Part shown: in pieces, positions 29,455 to 37,832 of the stretch
Numbering within the stretch: position 1 is the first letter of the stretch
Layout of the letters: each line of letters begins with the position of its first letter
Source of the DNA: an uncultured Rhodopseudomonas sp.
Lineage (GTDB): Bacteria; Pseudomonadota; Alphaproteobacteria; Rhizobiales; Xanthobacteraceae
Length of the DNA stretch: 64,000 nucleotides
Assembly: GCA_964249215.1 (NCBI GenBank)
Contig: CAXUBE010000001.1
Location: 5,292 to 69,291, forward strand
Reading direction: 5' to 3'
Translations under genes and position numbers: made by a program
The notes under the pieces: generated by a model
What the model saw: only the letters and a program-made list of their open reading frames with translations
Told to the model about the DNA's origin: nothing
Databases searched by the model: none

Positions 29455-29749
29455 GGCTACGCCCCCGCCTTGAAGCGGGACGTCGCGGCTACCGAATGCT
29501 GGTCGCGGTCGCGGCGGACTCGATTGCGAGTCATCTTGCCGTATCGGGTCGGCCGTTGGATACGAACGGTGGCTCCCGGTGTCGGTCTTCCCGTCTTGAC
29601 GGCGATCTGCTGACACATCAGCGCTGCTCCCCGATCGCATCGCGGCGGTCGGAATGCTCGTCCACCCGCTGTGAAATCCGTGACGAGGCGAGACCGCCCG
29701 GCATGCGGGCGGCCTCCCGGTTCCTTCGGATCGCTTTGCATTCGCTCAT

Positions 29750-30355
29750 TCAGCCCTGCACCATGCCTCGGCTGATGAGATTGATGTCGTCGGGATTGAT
29801 CAGATCCTTCGCGGTCCAGCCCGACAGATCGTAGTCGCCCATGCATGGGCGCACAAAATCCTGCATCGCTCCGAGATCGCCGGTCGCCGTCGCAGCCATC
29901 AACGTTTCGACGCGCAGGTTCTCGTAGTTACCCGCGTAGTTGCGCTCGTAGAGTTCGTGCCGGCCGAGCGTTCCGAGAAAGGAAGCCTTGTAGTCGGGTG
30001 ACCGGCCCATCCATCCGAACGACACCTTCTGCAGCTCGGCGATCGCGTCCCGACCTCTGACGAGATCCTCGGTGGTTTTCGATCCGAGGAAGAACGGATG
30101 CGTCATTTGGCCGGAGCCGGTGTCGGTCGGGACCCCGATCTCGTCTTTCTTTTCGTGAAACCGATCATACCACCGTGCTACCATGCGCGCCGAGTTTCGA
30201 AAAGCAGGATGCTTGGTCACGTCCTTGACGCGCTCGCCGTAGATGTAAATCTCGCGGCCGTCCCGAATGCTGTCAAGGAATTCCGAACCGGTATAGACAT
30301 TAGTCGTCGACGCGGACGCGTCGCTCGCAACTCGCACGGCCGTTGCTGCTGTCAT
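29750..30355 (-). pseudogene. Internally deleted (in-frame) HpaB-family flavin-dependent aromatic monooxygenase, oxygenase component
   Basis: The 201-aa ORF starts with about 130 aa of a typical HpaB N-terminus ([53 protein letters not shown]). It then joins directly to a typical HpaB C-terminal tail ([35 protein letters not shown]). Family members are about 480-520 aa, so roughly 300 central residues are missing. Confidence 0.6.
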
Positions 30356-30849
30356 GGGCGTTCTCCTCCGCTGTGCAGTCGGACGGACAAGCGTTGTTGC
30401 CGGACCGGTCCGAAGGCTTTGATCAAGCTCTTTTCGGCGTGGCCTTCTGGTGAACTAAGCGCGTTGCCGGATAGGGCGAAAGGTATCGTGCGATACCGTT
30501 CGAGGCATCGCTTCGCCTTTTTCCCCGGACTATAAGCTCTGCCTTGCCGGCCTGCCACGGAGCCGGCGGGCGCGGGTGCAGCGGCGGTGGATCGTCTCAC
30601 GCACTGCGGCAAGGGAGGCGACCATCGACAATCGTCCGAACGGCTTGCCGGCGGCGTTCCATCGCGAACGAGCGCTCAATCGCGTGGCCGATCCTCACCG
30701 AATTGTTGTCGGCCGCGATTTTTGCTTCGGATTCTGCAGGACCGGTCACGTCGCTCTGCTGCAGAGGCATTCCGAAACGGGCAGCCTTTCGCTTGTGCAC
30801 TGCAGCGACGGAGTCGTGATGCCCGGTCGCCGAATCCGAAGCGTCATGC

Positions 30850-31040
30850 GATCGGGATCTGCAATTTCGGCTGCCGCGCTGGAAGGCCGGAAGGACGCAG
30901 GCGATCACACGATCTTCCTCGGCCGTGTCCGCGAGATGGCCCACGATCTCGGGAAGAAGCCGCTGCTGTTCTTTCGAGGGCGGTTTGGCGGCTTCGCCGA
31001 CCCACAACCGGCGCCACTTACACTTGAGCACCCTACCTAA
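30850..31040 (+). pseudogene. Flavin reductase (HpaC-like) C-terminal remnant
   Basis: AALEGRKDAGDHTIFLGRVREMAHDLGKKPLLFFRGRFGGF matches the conserved GDH..G.V...PLL(Y/F)..G C-terminus of flavin reductase domain proteins. The region upstream in the same 154-aa ORF (30576-) does not resemble the expected N-terminal half. Confidence 0.45.
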
Positions 31041-31091
31041 GACTTCATTTGGTAACGAAGCAAAAACGTCCCAGATTTCAATAGAGGAACC

Positions 31092-32270
31092 ATGATGCAC
31101 GCTCTGGCAGAGGTCGCCGAGTCAAAAGAGCACCGGCGCACCATCCTGAAGGACACCACGATCCGCGCCATCTCTGCAACGATCGTGGAAGCTCCGACCC
31201 TCCGTCGGCATAGGCTCTCGAACACCGAGATCACGCATCAGGATTACGTGCTGGTCCGTGTCGTGCTGGACAACGGCGCGACCGGCATCGGCGAGGCATC
31301 GACGCTGGGGGGGCCTCGCTGGGCCGAAGAGAGCGTGGAATCGATTTCAGCGGCAGTGCTCAACTACCTTGCGCCCGCTTTGCGCGGCGAGCCCGCGATG
31401 GCATTCGAAGCCAACGCGATACGAATGGGCAAGGCCGCTACCCGCAATTTCTCGGCGAAAGGCGCACTCGAATCCGCCCTTGTCGACGCGGTCGGCAAGA
31501 CTCTCGGCTTGCCGGCCAGCGCCCTGCTGGGGGGTGCGGTGCGCCAGCGCATGGGAATCATCTGGGCGCTGGCATCCGGCGACAGCGCTCAGGAACTGGA
31601 AGAAGCAAAGGAAAAGCTTCGGCTGCGCGAGCACCGGGACTTCAAGATCAAGTTCGGTTTTAATCCGCCGCAAGCCGATCTGAAGCGGCTGGAAGCCTTA
31701 CGGCTTGGCCTTGGCAGCGAGGCCTGTCTCATCGTCGACGTCAACCAGGGCTGGAGCGAAGCCGAGTGCATCCGCTTTATGCCGGCGTTGGAGGAGCTTG
31801 ATGTCGCACTTGTGGAACAGCCGGTTCCGGCGCTCCAGCTCGAAGCCATGTCCCGTGTCGCGAAGCGCACCTCGATCCCTCTGCTTATCGACGAGGCTGC
31901 CTTCACCAAGGAAGAAGTCGCGCGAGCGGGCGCGATGGGTTGCGGCAGCGTTTACTCGCTCAAGCTTGTCAAGAGCGGCGGTTTGTTCGAGCTGAAGCGC
32001 GCGGCGGGCGTCGCAGCGGCGCACGGGCTCGAACTTTACGGCGGCTGCCTGCTCGAAAGCAGCATCGGTGCGGCGGCCCATCTTGCCGCCTTCTCGACAC
32101 TGCCGAAACTGGAATGGGGCACCGAGCAGTTCGGTCCGCGCATTCTTGTGGAGGATCTCGTGACCGAACCGCTGCGGTTCGAAGAATTCGAGATCTGCGT
32201 CCCCGAAGGACCTGGCCTTGGCGTCCAGCTCGACGAAGACAAAATCCGTTCCTTCGCCCGCAAGGACTGA
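31092..32270 (+). CDS. catB: Muconate cycloisomerase (enolase superfamily)
   Basis: 392 aa: IVEAPTLRRHRLS, VRVVLDNGATGIGEAST, FKIKFG, LIVDVNQGWS, LVEQPV, PLLIDEA, SLKLVKSGG. This is the muconate-lactonizing-enzyme pattern with the metal-binding D/E/D positions. Confidence 0.9.
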   Translation: MMHALAEVAESKEHRRTILKDTTIRAISATIVEAPTLRRHRLSNTEITHQDYVLVRVVLDNGATGIGEASTLGGPRWAEESVESISAAVLNYLAPALRGEPAMAFEANAIRMGKAATRNFSAKGALESALVDAVGKTLGLPASALLGGAVRQRMGIIWALASGDSAQELEEAKEKLRLREHRDFKIKFGFNPPQADLKRLEALRLGLGSEACLIVDVNQGWSEAECIRFMPALEELDVALVEQPVPALQLEAMSRVAKRTSIPLLIDEAAFTKEEVARAGAMGCGSVYSLKLVKSGGLFELKRAAGVAAAHGLELYGGCLLESSIGAAAHLAAFSTLPKLEWGTEQFGPRILVEDLVTEPLRFEEFEICVPEGPGLGVQLDEDKIRSFARKD

Positions 32271-32275
32271 GGACG

Positions 32276-32784
32276 ATGGCTGCCGATCGCGGATCGCTTC
32301 GACAAAAGCTTGAGAAGATGGCGAACGCCGCCGCAGCAAAAACGTATCTGCGGCGCCTCGGGCAACACCCGTGCTCGTCGGTTGCTCGATGGGTGGACGC
32401 ATCGCCCTCCAGCTTGCTGCGCTGCACCCGGAACGCTTTCGCGGTTTTATCGCGATCGAAGCCTCGGATTTTCAACGGGCCCGGTACGACATGGACTGGT
32501 TTAGCCGACCTGATGCGCATGGCGGCGAGACGGGGGCAGCTCTCGTGTCGGGCGTTTTCGCGGTGACTTCAGCGTTCATACGCGCGACGATGGTCTTCTC
32601 GCACGCCGATCGGGGATCGATACGCAAAAGACGCCTGTTCATATGCTATGCGGGGAGTATGATCTGACCTGTCGAGGGCGCCACCATCGCTATCATGGAT
32701 GAGCCGGGTCATTTTCCGATGAGCGAGAATTCGAAAGCGTTCCGCTCCTATTTCGCGGATGCGCTCGCCCGAATGCCTGGATAG
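32276..32784 (+). pseudogene. Alpha/beta-fold hydrolase remnant (N-terminally truncated, at least 2 frameshifts)
   Basis: Homology-like segments switch frames. AAKTYLRRLGQHP is in one frame. VLVGCSMGGRIALQLAALHPERFRGFIAIEAS (nucleophile elbow) is in the frame of the 32371 ORF. IDTQKTPVHMLCGEYDLT is in a third frame. VEGATIAIMDEPGHFPMSENSKAFRSYFADALARMPG* runs from 32671 to 32784. Confidence 0.6.
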
Positions 32785-32808
32785 GTGCCGAACGTGCGCG
32801 ACGATGCG

Positions 32809-33699
32809 ATGGATATCAGGCGGCTGGCCTATTTCGTCGCTGTTGCCGAAGAACTGCATTTCGGCCGGGCCGCGTCGCGACTCAGCATCGCGCAGCCGCC
32901 GCTCAGCCGGCAGATTGCTCAACTCGAGATCGACCTTGGCGTCATGCTGTTCGACCGCAGCCGCAGCCAGATCCGTCTGACCCAGGCGGGAGCCGTCCTC
33001 CTCAATCACGCGCGCGACGTACTGGATCGCCTCGACCAGACCCAGCGCGAGGTCAAACGTATCGGCGAGGGCATCTCCGGTAAGCTTCGCATCGCGTTCG
33101 TCGGCTCTGCAACCTATGGCGTGTTGCCCAACTTGATCAAAACCTACCGTTCCGCCTACCCCGACGTCGAGCTCGCACTTTCGGCCATGAACAATGCCGC
33201 GTTGAAACGGGCCGTTATCCAGCGTGAGATCGATATCGCAATCGCAAGACCGTCGCTGGACGATGGGGAGCTGAAATCGGAACCCTTTCACCAAGAGCCG
33301 CTGATTCTCGCATTGCCCGATACGTCGCATTTTCTTCAGCATCAGCCGATCCGGCTCGACGCACTTAAGGGCGAGACGTTGGTGCTCTATCCACGCAAGC
33401 CCCGCCCCAGCTTCGCTGATCACATTCTCAACATTTGCCGCGACGAAGGTTTCATCCCCAAATCGCCGGTTATGGCCCAGGATTACCAGACCGCCATCAG
33501 TCTCGTGTCTGTCGGAGTAGGAATAGCGGTAGTGCCGGCATCCGTCTCGCAGTCGGAGCGGGCCGGTGTCGCCTATCGCACGTATCAGGGATGCAACCCG
33601 GGAACGTCGCTGTCGCTGAACTACCGGCGCGATAACCGGATGCCTCATCTCTACAATTTCTTGAAGATTACGCAAACAATCACGCGGCCCAAACGCTAG
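32809..33699 (+). CDS. LysR-family transcriptional regulator
   Basis: MDIRRLAYFVAVAEELHFGRAASRLSIAQPPLSRQIAQLE is a canonical LysR HTH, followed by a periplasmic-binding-like effector domain. I prefer ATG 32809 over the GTG at 32785. Confidence 0.88.
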   Translation: MDIRRLAYFVAVAEELHFGRAASRLSIAQPPLSRQIAQLEIDLGVMLFDRSRSQIRLTQAGAVLLNHARDVLDRLDQTQREVKRIGEGISGKLRIAFVGSATYGVLPNLIKTYRSAYPDVELALSAMNNAALKRAVIQREIDIAIARPSLDDGELKSEPFHQEPLILALPDTSHFLQHQPIRLDALKGETLVLYPRKPRPSFADHILNICRDEGFIPKSPVMAQDYQTAISLVSVGVGIAVVPASVSQSERAGVAYRTYQGCNPGTSLSLNYRRDNRMPHLYNFLKITQTITRPKR

Positions 33700-33768
33700 C
33701 GAACCTTTGTCGATGCGCGCCCCGCCGGCGCCACCAGGAAGAGGAATATCTGCAGCGGGACCGAAACC

Positions 33769-33987
33769 ATGGCCTTCCGGCGCGAGCGCAATCTGACGCT
33801 TGACGAACTTGCCGAGTTGACCGGATTAAACAACGGATATCTGTCTCGAATAGAGCGAAGCGAGAAGTCTCCGTCGGTTGCGATCGTTCTCGCCATCACG
33901 GGGCAGGAGGCCGGCCTGGCCGTTCGGATAACCGCGCGATCGGAACGGCCGAAAGCCTACCGGACCTTCTCCAGCCCAAGATCGTGA
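33769..33987 (+). pseudogene. XRE-family HTH fragment (N-terminal ~40 aa recognisable, remainder degenerate)
   Basis: FRRERNLTLDELAELTGLNNGYLSRIERSEKSPSVA is a Cro/C1-type HTH. The sequence after it has no regulator-like or cupin-like continuation and stops at 72 aa. Confidence 0.4.
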
Positions 33988-34196
33988 AATCCACTTTTGA
34001 CTACTGGTGCGTCAGACCCACGGTGCCGCGCCGCCGCTGAACCTCGCGTCTTCACGCGACATGGATTGAAGTCGCTTCGGGCAAGGTGGCAAGGCTTCTG
34101 AAGAAGCAGGTGGTGGGCCGGAACAAGTCGTGCGGTTGACTTGGTATCTCACCGGTTCAATTTTCGGATCCCGCCACCATGATCGACGTCGTCGTT

Positions 34197-35732
34197 TCAC
34201 ATGACGACTTCGATCAGAAACGGACCTGCGACCCGCAGACCCGCTTTCACCGCGTCGACCAGCGCGTCCATGTCGGACACGGCGACGGCTTCGACACCGT
34301 AGGCACGCGCGAGACTGACCCAGTCGATCGCGGGATTATCGAGCGAGAGAAGCTCGTTGGCCTTTCGACCGGCGACCGCGCCGACGTTTTTGAGTTCGAC
34401 GTGGAGCGTTGCGTAGGAGCGGTTCGACCAGATCAGGGTCAGGACGTCGAGCTTCTCGCGCGCCTGCGTCCAGAGCGCCTGCGCCGTGTAGAGACCGCTG
34501 CCGTCGGCCTGCAGCGTGACGATCTTTCTGCCGGGACACGCGACGGCCGCGCCTGTCGCGAGCGGAATGCCGAGGCCGATGGAGCCGCCGGTCATCTGGA
34601 GCCAGTCATGCGGTGCCGCGCCGCGGGTGGACGCGAACAGATTGCGGCCCGTCGTGATCGACTCGTCGCATACGATCGCGCCCTCGGGCAACAACGCGCC
34701 GAGCATCGCACCGATCGTCGCGGGATCGATGGCGCCGGACGGAACCGGCTGTTTCTCGCAATGCGGCACCTCATTTGTCATCCTGGCGCCGAGTTCGTCC
34801 GCCAATCGGCGAAGCGCGTCGACCTGATCGTCGCCGAACGTCGCGAGCGTGAGAATCTCGCATCCTTCCTTGGCAAAAAGGCTGGGCTTTTCGGGATAGG
34901 CGAAGAACGCCACGGGCGTGGACGTGCCCACCAGAACGATCTGCTCGAATGCCGCGAGCGCCTTGACGGCCAGATCCACCCCGAAAGGCAGTCTGTCGAT
35001 GGAGGGGACGCCCGTCCCTCGCTCGGTCCGTGCGTTGGAATACGGCGTCAGGACGGCGGCGTCGGATTTGCTCGCCACCGCGGTCGCCAGGCGAAGCCCT
35101 TCCGCACGAAGAACGCGATCGCCCACATAAAGCAGCGTGCGCCGGCCGTTGCGGAGCTTGGTCGCAATCGCGCGGATCACGGCATCGTCCACGGTTGGCC
35201 GATGTCTTGTCATGGGCACGGAAGCGACGTCGCCGGCTTCTCCCCAGGCGGTGTCCGCGGGCAGGATCAGGGTGGCGATCGCGTTGCCCTCGCGGGCGGC
35301 GACGATGGCGGCAGCACCGTCGGCGGCGATCTCCTTCGCGGATTTCGACGTCTTCACCCAGGCCGATACCGTCTTTGCGACGCTTTCGATATCCGACGTG
35401 AGCGGAGAGTCGTAGGGAATATGATACACGGCGTGCTCGCCGACGATATTGACGACCGGTGTGCGGGCGCGGCGCGCATTGTGCAGATTTGCCAGTCCAT
35501 TCGCGAGTCCCGGTCCCAGATGGAGCAGGGTGGAGGCGGGCTTGTCCGCCATTCGCGCATATCCGTCCGCGGCCCCCGTGGCGCATCCCTCGAACAGGCA
35601 AAGCACGCAGCGCATGCCGTCGACACGATCGAGCGCCGAAACGAAATGCATCTCCGAGGTACCGGGATTGGCAAACGACACGTCGACGCCGCCGCCGACC
35701 AATGTGCGGATGAGACTCTCGGCACCATTCAT
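34197..35732 (-). CDS. Thiamine-diphosphate-dependent enzyme of the acetolactate synthase large-subunit family
   Basis: Pyr domain (NGAESLIRTLVGGGVDVSFANPGTSEMHFVSAL, GYARMADKPASTLLHLGPGLANG) and PP domain with a ThDP motif (GSIGLGIPLATGAA..LQADGSGLYTAQALWT). AGGAG SD lies 8 nt before ATG 35730-35732. Confidence 0.85.
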   Translation of the reverse strand: MNGAESLIRTLVGGGVDVSFANPGTSEMHFVSALDRVDGMRCVLCLFEGCATGAADGYARMADKPASTLLHLGPGLANGLANLHNARRARTPVVNIVGEHAVYHIPYDSPLTSDIESVAKTVSAWVKTSKSAKEIAADGAAAIVAAREGNAIATLILPADTAWGEAGDVASVPMTRHRPTVDDAVIRAIATKLRNGRRTLLYVGDRVLRAEGLRLATAVASKSDAAVLTPYSNARTERGTGVPSIDRLPFGVDLAVKALAAFEQIVLVGTSTPVAFFAYPEKPSLFAKEGCEILTLATFGDDQVDALRRLADELGARMTNEVPHCEKQPVPSGAIDPATIGAMLGALLPEGAIVCDESITTGRNLFASTRGAAPHDWLQMTGGSIGLGIPLATGAAVACPGRKIVTLQADGSGLYTAQALWTQAREKLDVLTLIWSNRSYATLHVELKNVGAVAGRKANELLSLDNPAIDWVSLARAYGVEAVAVSDMDALVDAVKAGLRVAGPFLIEVVM

Positions 35733-35984
35733 GTGCGACGGCTCCTGCTTCGTGATGACGGACGATGACAGCGACGGGATCATCCGAGCGGGTTCAGTTC
35801 ATCCGGAAGATCGTGAAGATGGCAAGCGACGGATCGGGGATCGGAAGGTGTCGCGCCCGCCGAACGCTGGATGCCGGCGACACAGCCGCGCGCGAGGATG
35901 CGCGCTCGAGAAGCCGGGAAAACGTCGCGCTATGGCGTCGAAGGCCGCAGCGCGCGAGCGCCGGGATCAGCAAGCGGCGGTTGT

Positions 35985-36065
35985 TTTTTAGTAGACTTCC
36001 ACAGGCGGCGAAGATACACATCCATAAGCTATTAATTCATTAAAATTTTCTCGATCAGAATTTAG
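35985..36065 (+). promoter_or_regulatory. AT-rich island upstream of the giant operon (candidate promoter/operator region)
   Basis: TTTTTTAGTAGACTTCC...CATAAGCTATTAATTCATTAAAATTTTCTCGATCAGAATTTAGAT stands out sharply from the GC-rich flanks. It contains the near-palindrome TTAAT-TC-ATTAA (about 36032-36043). No consensus promoter could be assigned. Confidence 0.3.
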
Positions 36066-36117
36066 ATCGCGGTTGCCCGCGCGCGGCGCAAGCCGTTTCA
36101 AATGATGAGCCAGCATC

Positions 36118-37782
36118 GTGACATTGCCCCAGCCCGACCAGCAGCAGCGCGCCGACATCCAATACGTTCTCAGCCTGACCAACGGCGAGCGCCAGCATCA
36201 CCTGTTCGATTTCAGCGACGAGCATCAGTATCGCTACGCGGTCGCGAAGCTGATACGGGCCGGTAAAACGCCGGACCGTTATCCCGGCCTGCATGAGATG
36301 CTCAGTCGCTCCCGTGACGAGCATATCAAAAACGGGCCGCCGAAAGCCGATGCGCCGGCAAGCGGCGACAATGTTTTCATATCCGGACCTCAGATCACCA
36401 ATTCCGGACTCATCCCGTCGACCCGCAACATCGCCGGCATGGGTTATCATACCCAGATCGGCGGCACATCGATGACCCAGGTGGTGTGTGAGGTCGTCAA
36501 CTCCGACACGAATGGCATCCTCGCTTCGGGGTCAAATGCGCAATACAATCTCGGCGAATACGTTCCGGTGCAGACCAATGACGCAATGGCTGCTCCCGCC
36601 TCGACCAACATGACCACGTCGATCAGCTACTTCTATCAGACGCAGCCCGGTCACCCGATGCAATCTGGGAGCATCAGTTTTAATTTCAAGCGATTGACCA
36701 CGTCGGATCCGGTGGTCACCCAGCCGGTCAAAACACAAGCCAAGATTCCGGCCTATATCGTGGTCGGCCTGGGCCGCGGGAATTACGACAAGACCGCCGT
36801 CGATTACTGGTTCTGGCAGGATAAGGAAGAATATCCGAATCTGGCCGTGCCGCTGGTCGGAAACGTCACTTTCGACAATCCGATTCAGCCGCTCAATCCT
36901 AACACCACCATCACGCTGTTCGTCGATCTCGCAAAGGCCGGTGGCGGTCACGTACAGCCGACCGGTGCGGCGATGGCCAACGTTTATAACAATTTCAAGA
37001 TATCGCAGGCCAATAACAAGACGCTGACCTTTGATCTTCCGGCGAACGGCGTTCAGGCCACGACCAATCCGATCGTGTTCGGCGTCACGACATGGGTGTC
37101 GGATACGGTCACCTATCTGACCGTCAACATGTTCGTGAATTTGCAGGGACAAAGCACGCCATCCTACGCGTCGATCAGCAGTTCGCTCCAGGCGAACCCC
37201 GATATCGTGGACGGGACGACCTACATCAAGCCGATCCAGTTCGTCTGGCATTGTCTTGCCGCAGGCACGGAGATCGCCATGGCCGACGGCTCGATGCGAA
37301 AGATCGAGACGCTGGTGAGCGGCGAGGCCGTGAGCGTCAACAACGACGGCGGAACGATGAAGGTCGAATCGACCATAGTCGCGCCGCATCGCGGACCCGC
37401 GCTCCGGCTCACAATGGCTGACGGCAAGGAACTGGTACTCTCGGACGGCCATGCGGTCACGCTGCCGGATGGCGAGACCCTGATCGCCGAAGAGCTGGAG
37501 GCGGGAGACAAGCTTACCGTCCTCGGCGGCGTCGCCGAGATCGCGGGTGTCGAGAACATCGAATTCGACGGCTTATTGTTCAATCTGTCGCTTGCAAACG
37601 ACGACACCGGCGAACCGACCACCATGTTCGCCAATGGCATTCTCGTTGGGGACCACGCGATGCAATCGGCGACGCGCAAGCGGCGCAGGACCAGGCCCGA
37701 GCGGGTGCGCTCCGCGATCGATCCGATCTTCCTTCCTGATTACGAGAGCTATCTTCAGGATATCGGGCAGACATCGCCGTAG
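36118..37782 (+). CDS. Giant-operon gene 1: protein with ~378-aa unassignable beta-rich N-terminal region, a Hint (intein/Hedgehog-like, BIL-type) domain and an Arg-rich tail
   Basis: 554-aa ORF with a GTG start; the first in-frame ATG is codon 61. Hint blocks are present: WH-CLAAGTEIAMADGSMRKIETLVSGEAV (block A, Cys379 at nt 37252), GKELVLSDGHAVTL (block B, S-x-x-H) and LLFNLSL...MFANGILVGDHAM (blocks F/G without the terminal HN). The tail is QSATRKRRRTRPERVRS. No signal peptide. Confidence 0.8.
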   Translation: MTLPQPDQQQRADIQYVLSLTNGERQHHLFDFSDEHQYRYAVAKLIRAGKTPDRYPGLHEMLSRSRDEHIKNGPPKADAPASGDNVFISGPQITNSGLIPSTRNIAGMGYHTQIGGTSMTQVVCEVVNSDTNGILASGSNAQYNLGEYVPVQTNDAMAAPASTNMTTSISYFYQTQPGHPMQSGSISFNFKRLTTSDPVVTQPVKTQAKIPAYIVVGLGRGNYDKTAVDYWFWQDKEEYPNLAVPLVGNVTFDNPIQPLNPNTTITLFVDLAKAGGGHVQPTGAAMANVYNNFKISQANNKTLTFDLPANGVQATTNPIVFGVTTWVSDTVTYLTVNMFVNLQGQSTPSYASISSSLQANPDIVDGTTYIKPIQFVWHCLAAGTEIAMADGSMRKIETLVSGEAVSVNNDGGTMKVESTIVAPHRGPALRLTMADGKELVLSDGHAVTLPDGETLIAEELEAGDKLTVLGGVAEIAGVENIEFDGLLFNLSLANDDTGEPTTMFANGILVGDHAMQSATRKRRRTRPERVRSAIDPIFLPDYESYLQDIGQTSP

Positions 37783-37832
37783 CCCGCCGCGGCGGCCCGG
37801 GATCGTCGATGGCGACATGACACGGCGGGGGC

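Noticed and set aside
30576-31040. Calling the 154-aa ORF an intact flavin reductase
   Set aside because: Only the C-terminal third matches the family pattern. The N-terminal two-thirds (MQRRWIVSRTAAREATIDNRPNG..RIVVGRDFCFGFCRTGH) lack the expected FMN-binding beta-barrel motifs, so I annotated a remnant.
34179-35768. 529-aa plus-strand ORF opposite the ThDP enzyme gene
   Set aside because: It is antisense to an ORF with canonical ThDP-enzyme motifs and a good SD. Its translation is Arg/Gly/Asp-rich and has no motif.
37252-37656. True (splicing) intein or mobile intein with homing endonuclease in gene 1
   Set aside because: The Hint region is only about 135 aa, with no LAGLIDADG or HNH endonuclease insert. 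It lacks the terminal His-Asn and a +1 Cys/Ser/Thr. Only 41 aa follow it, so there is no C-extein to ligate.
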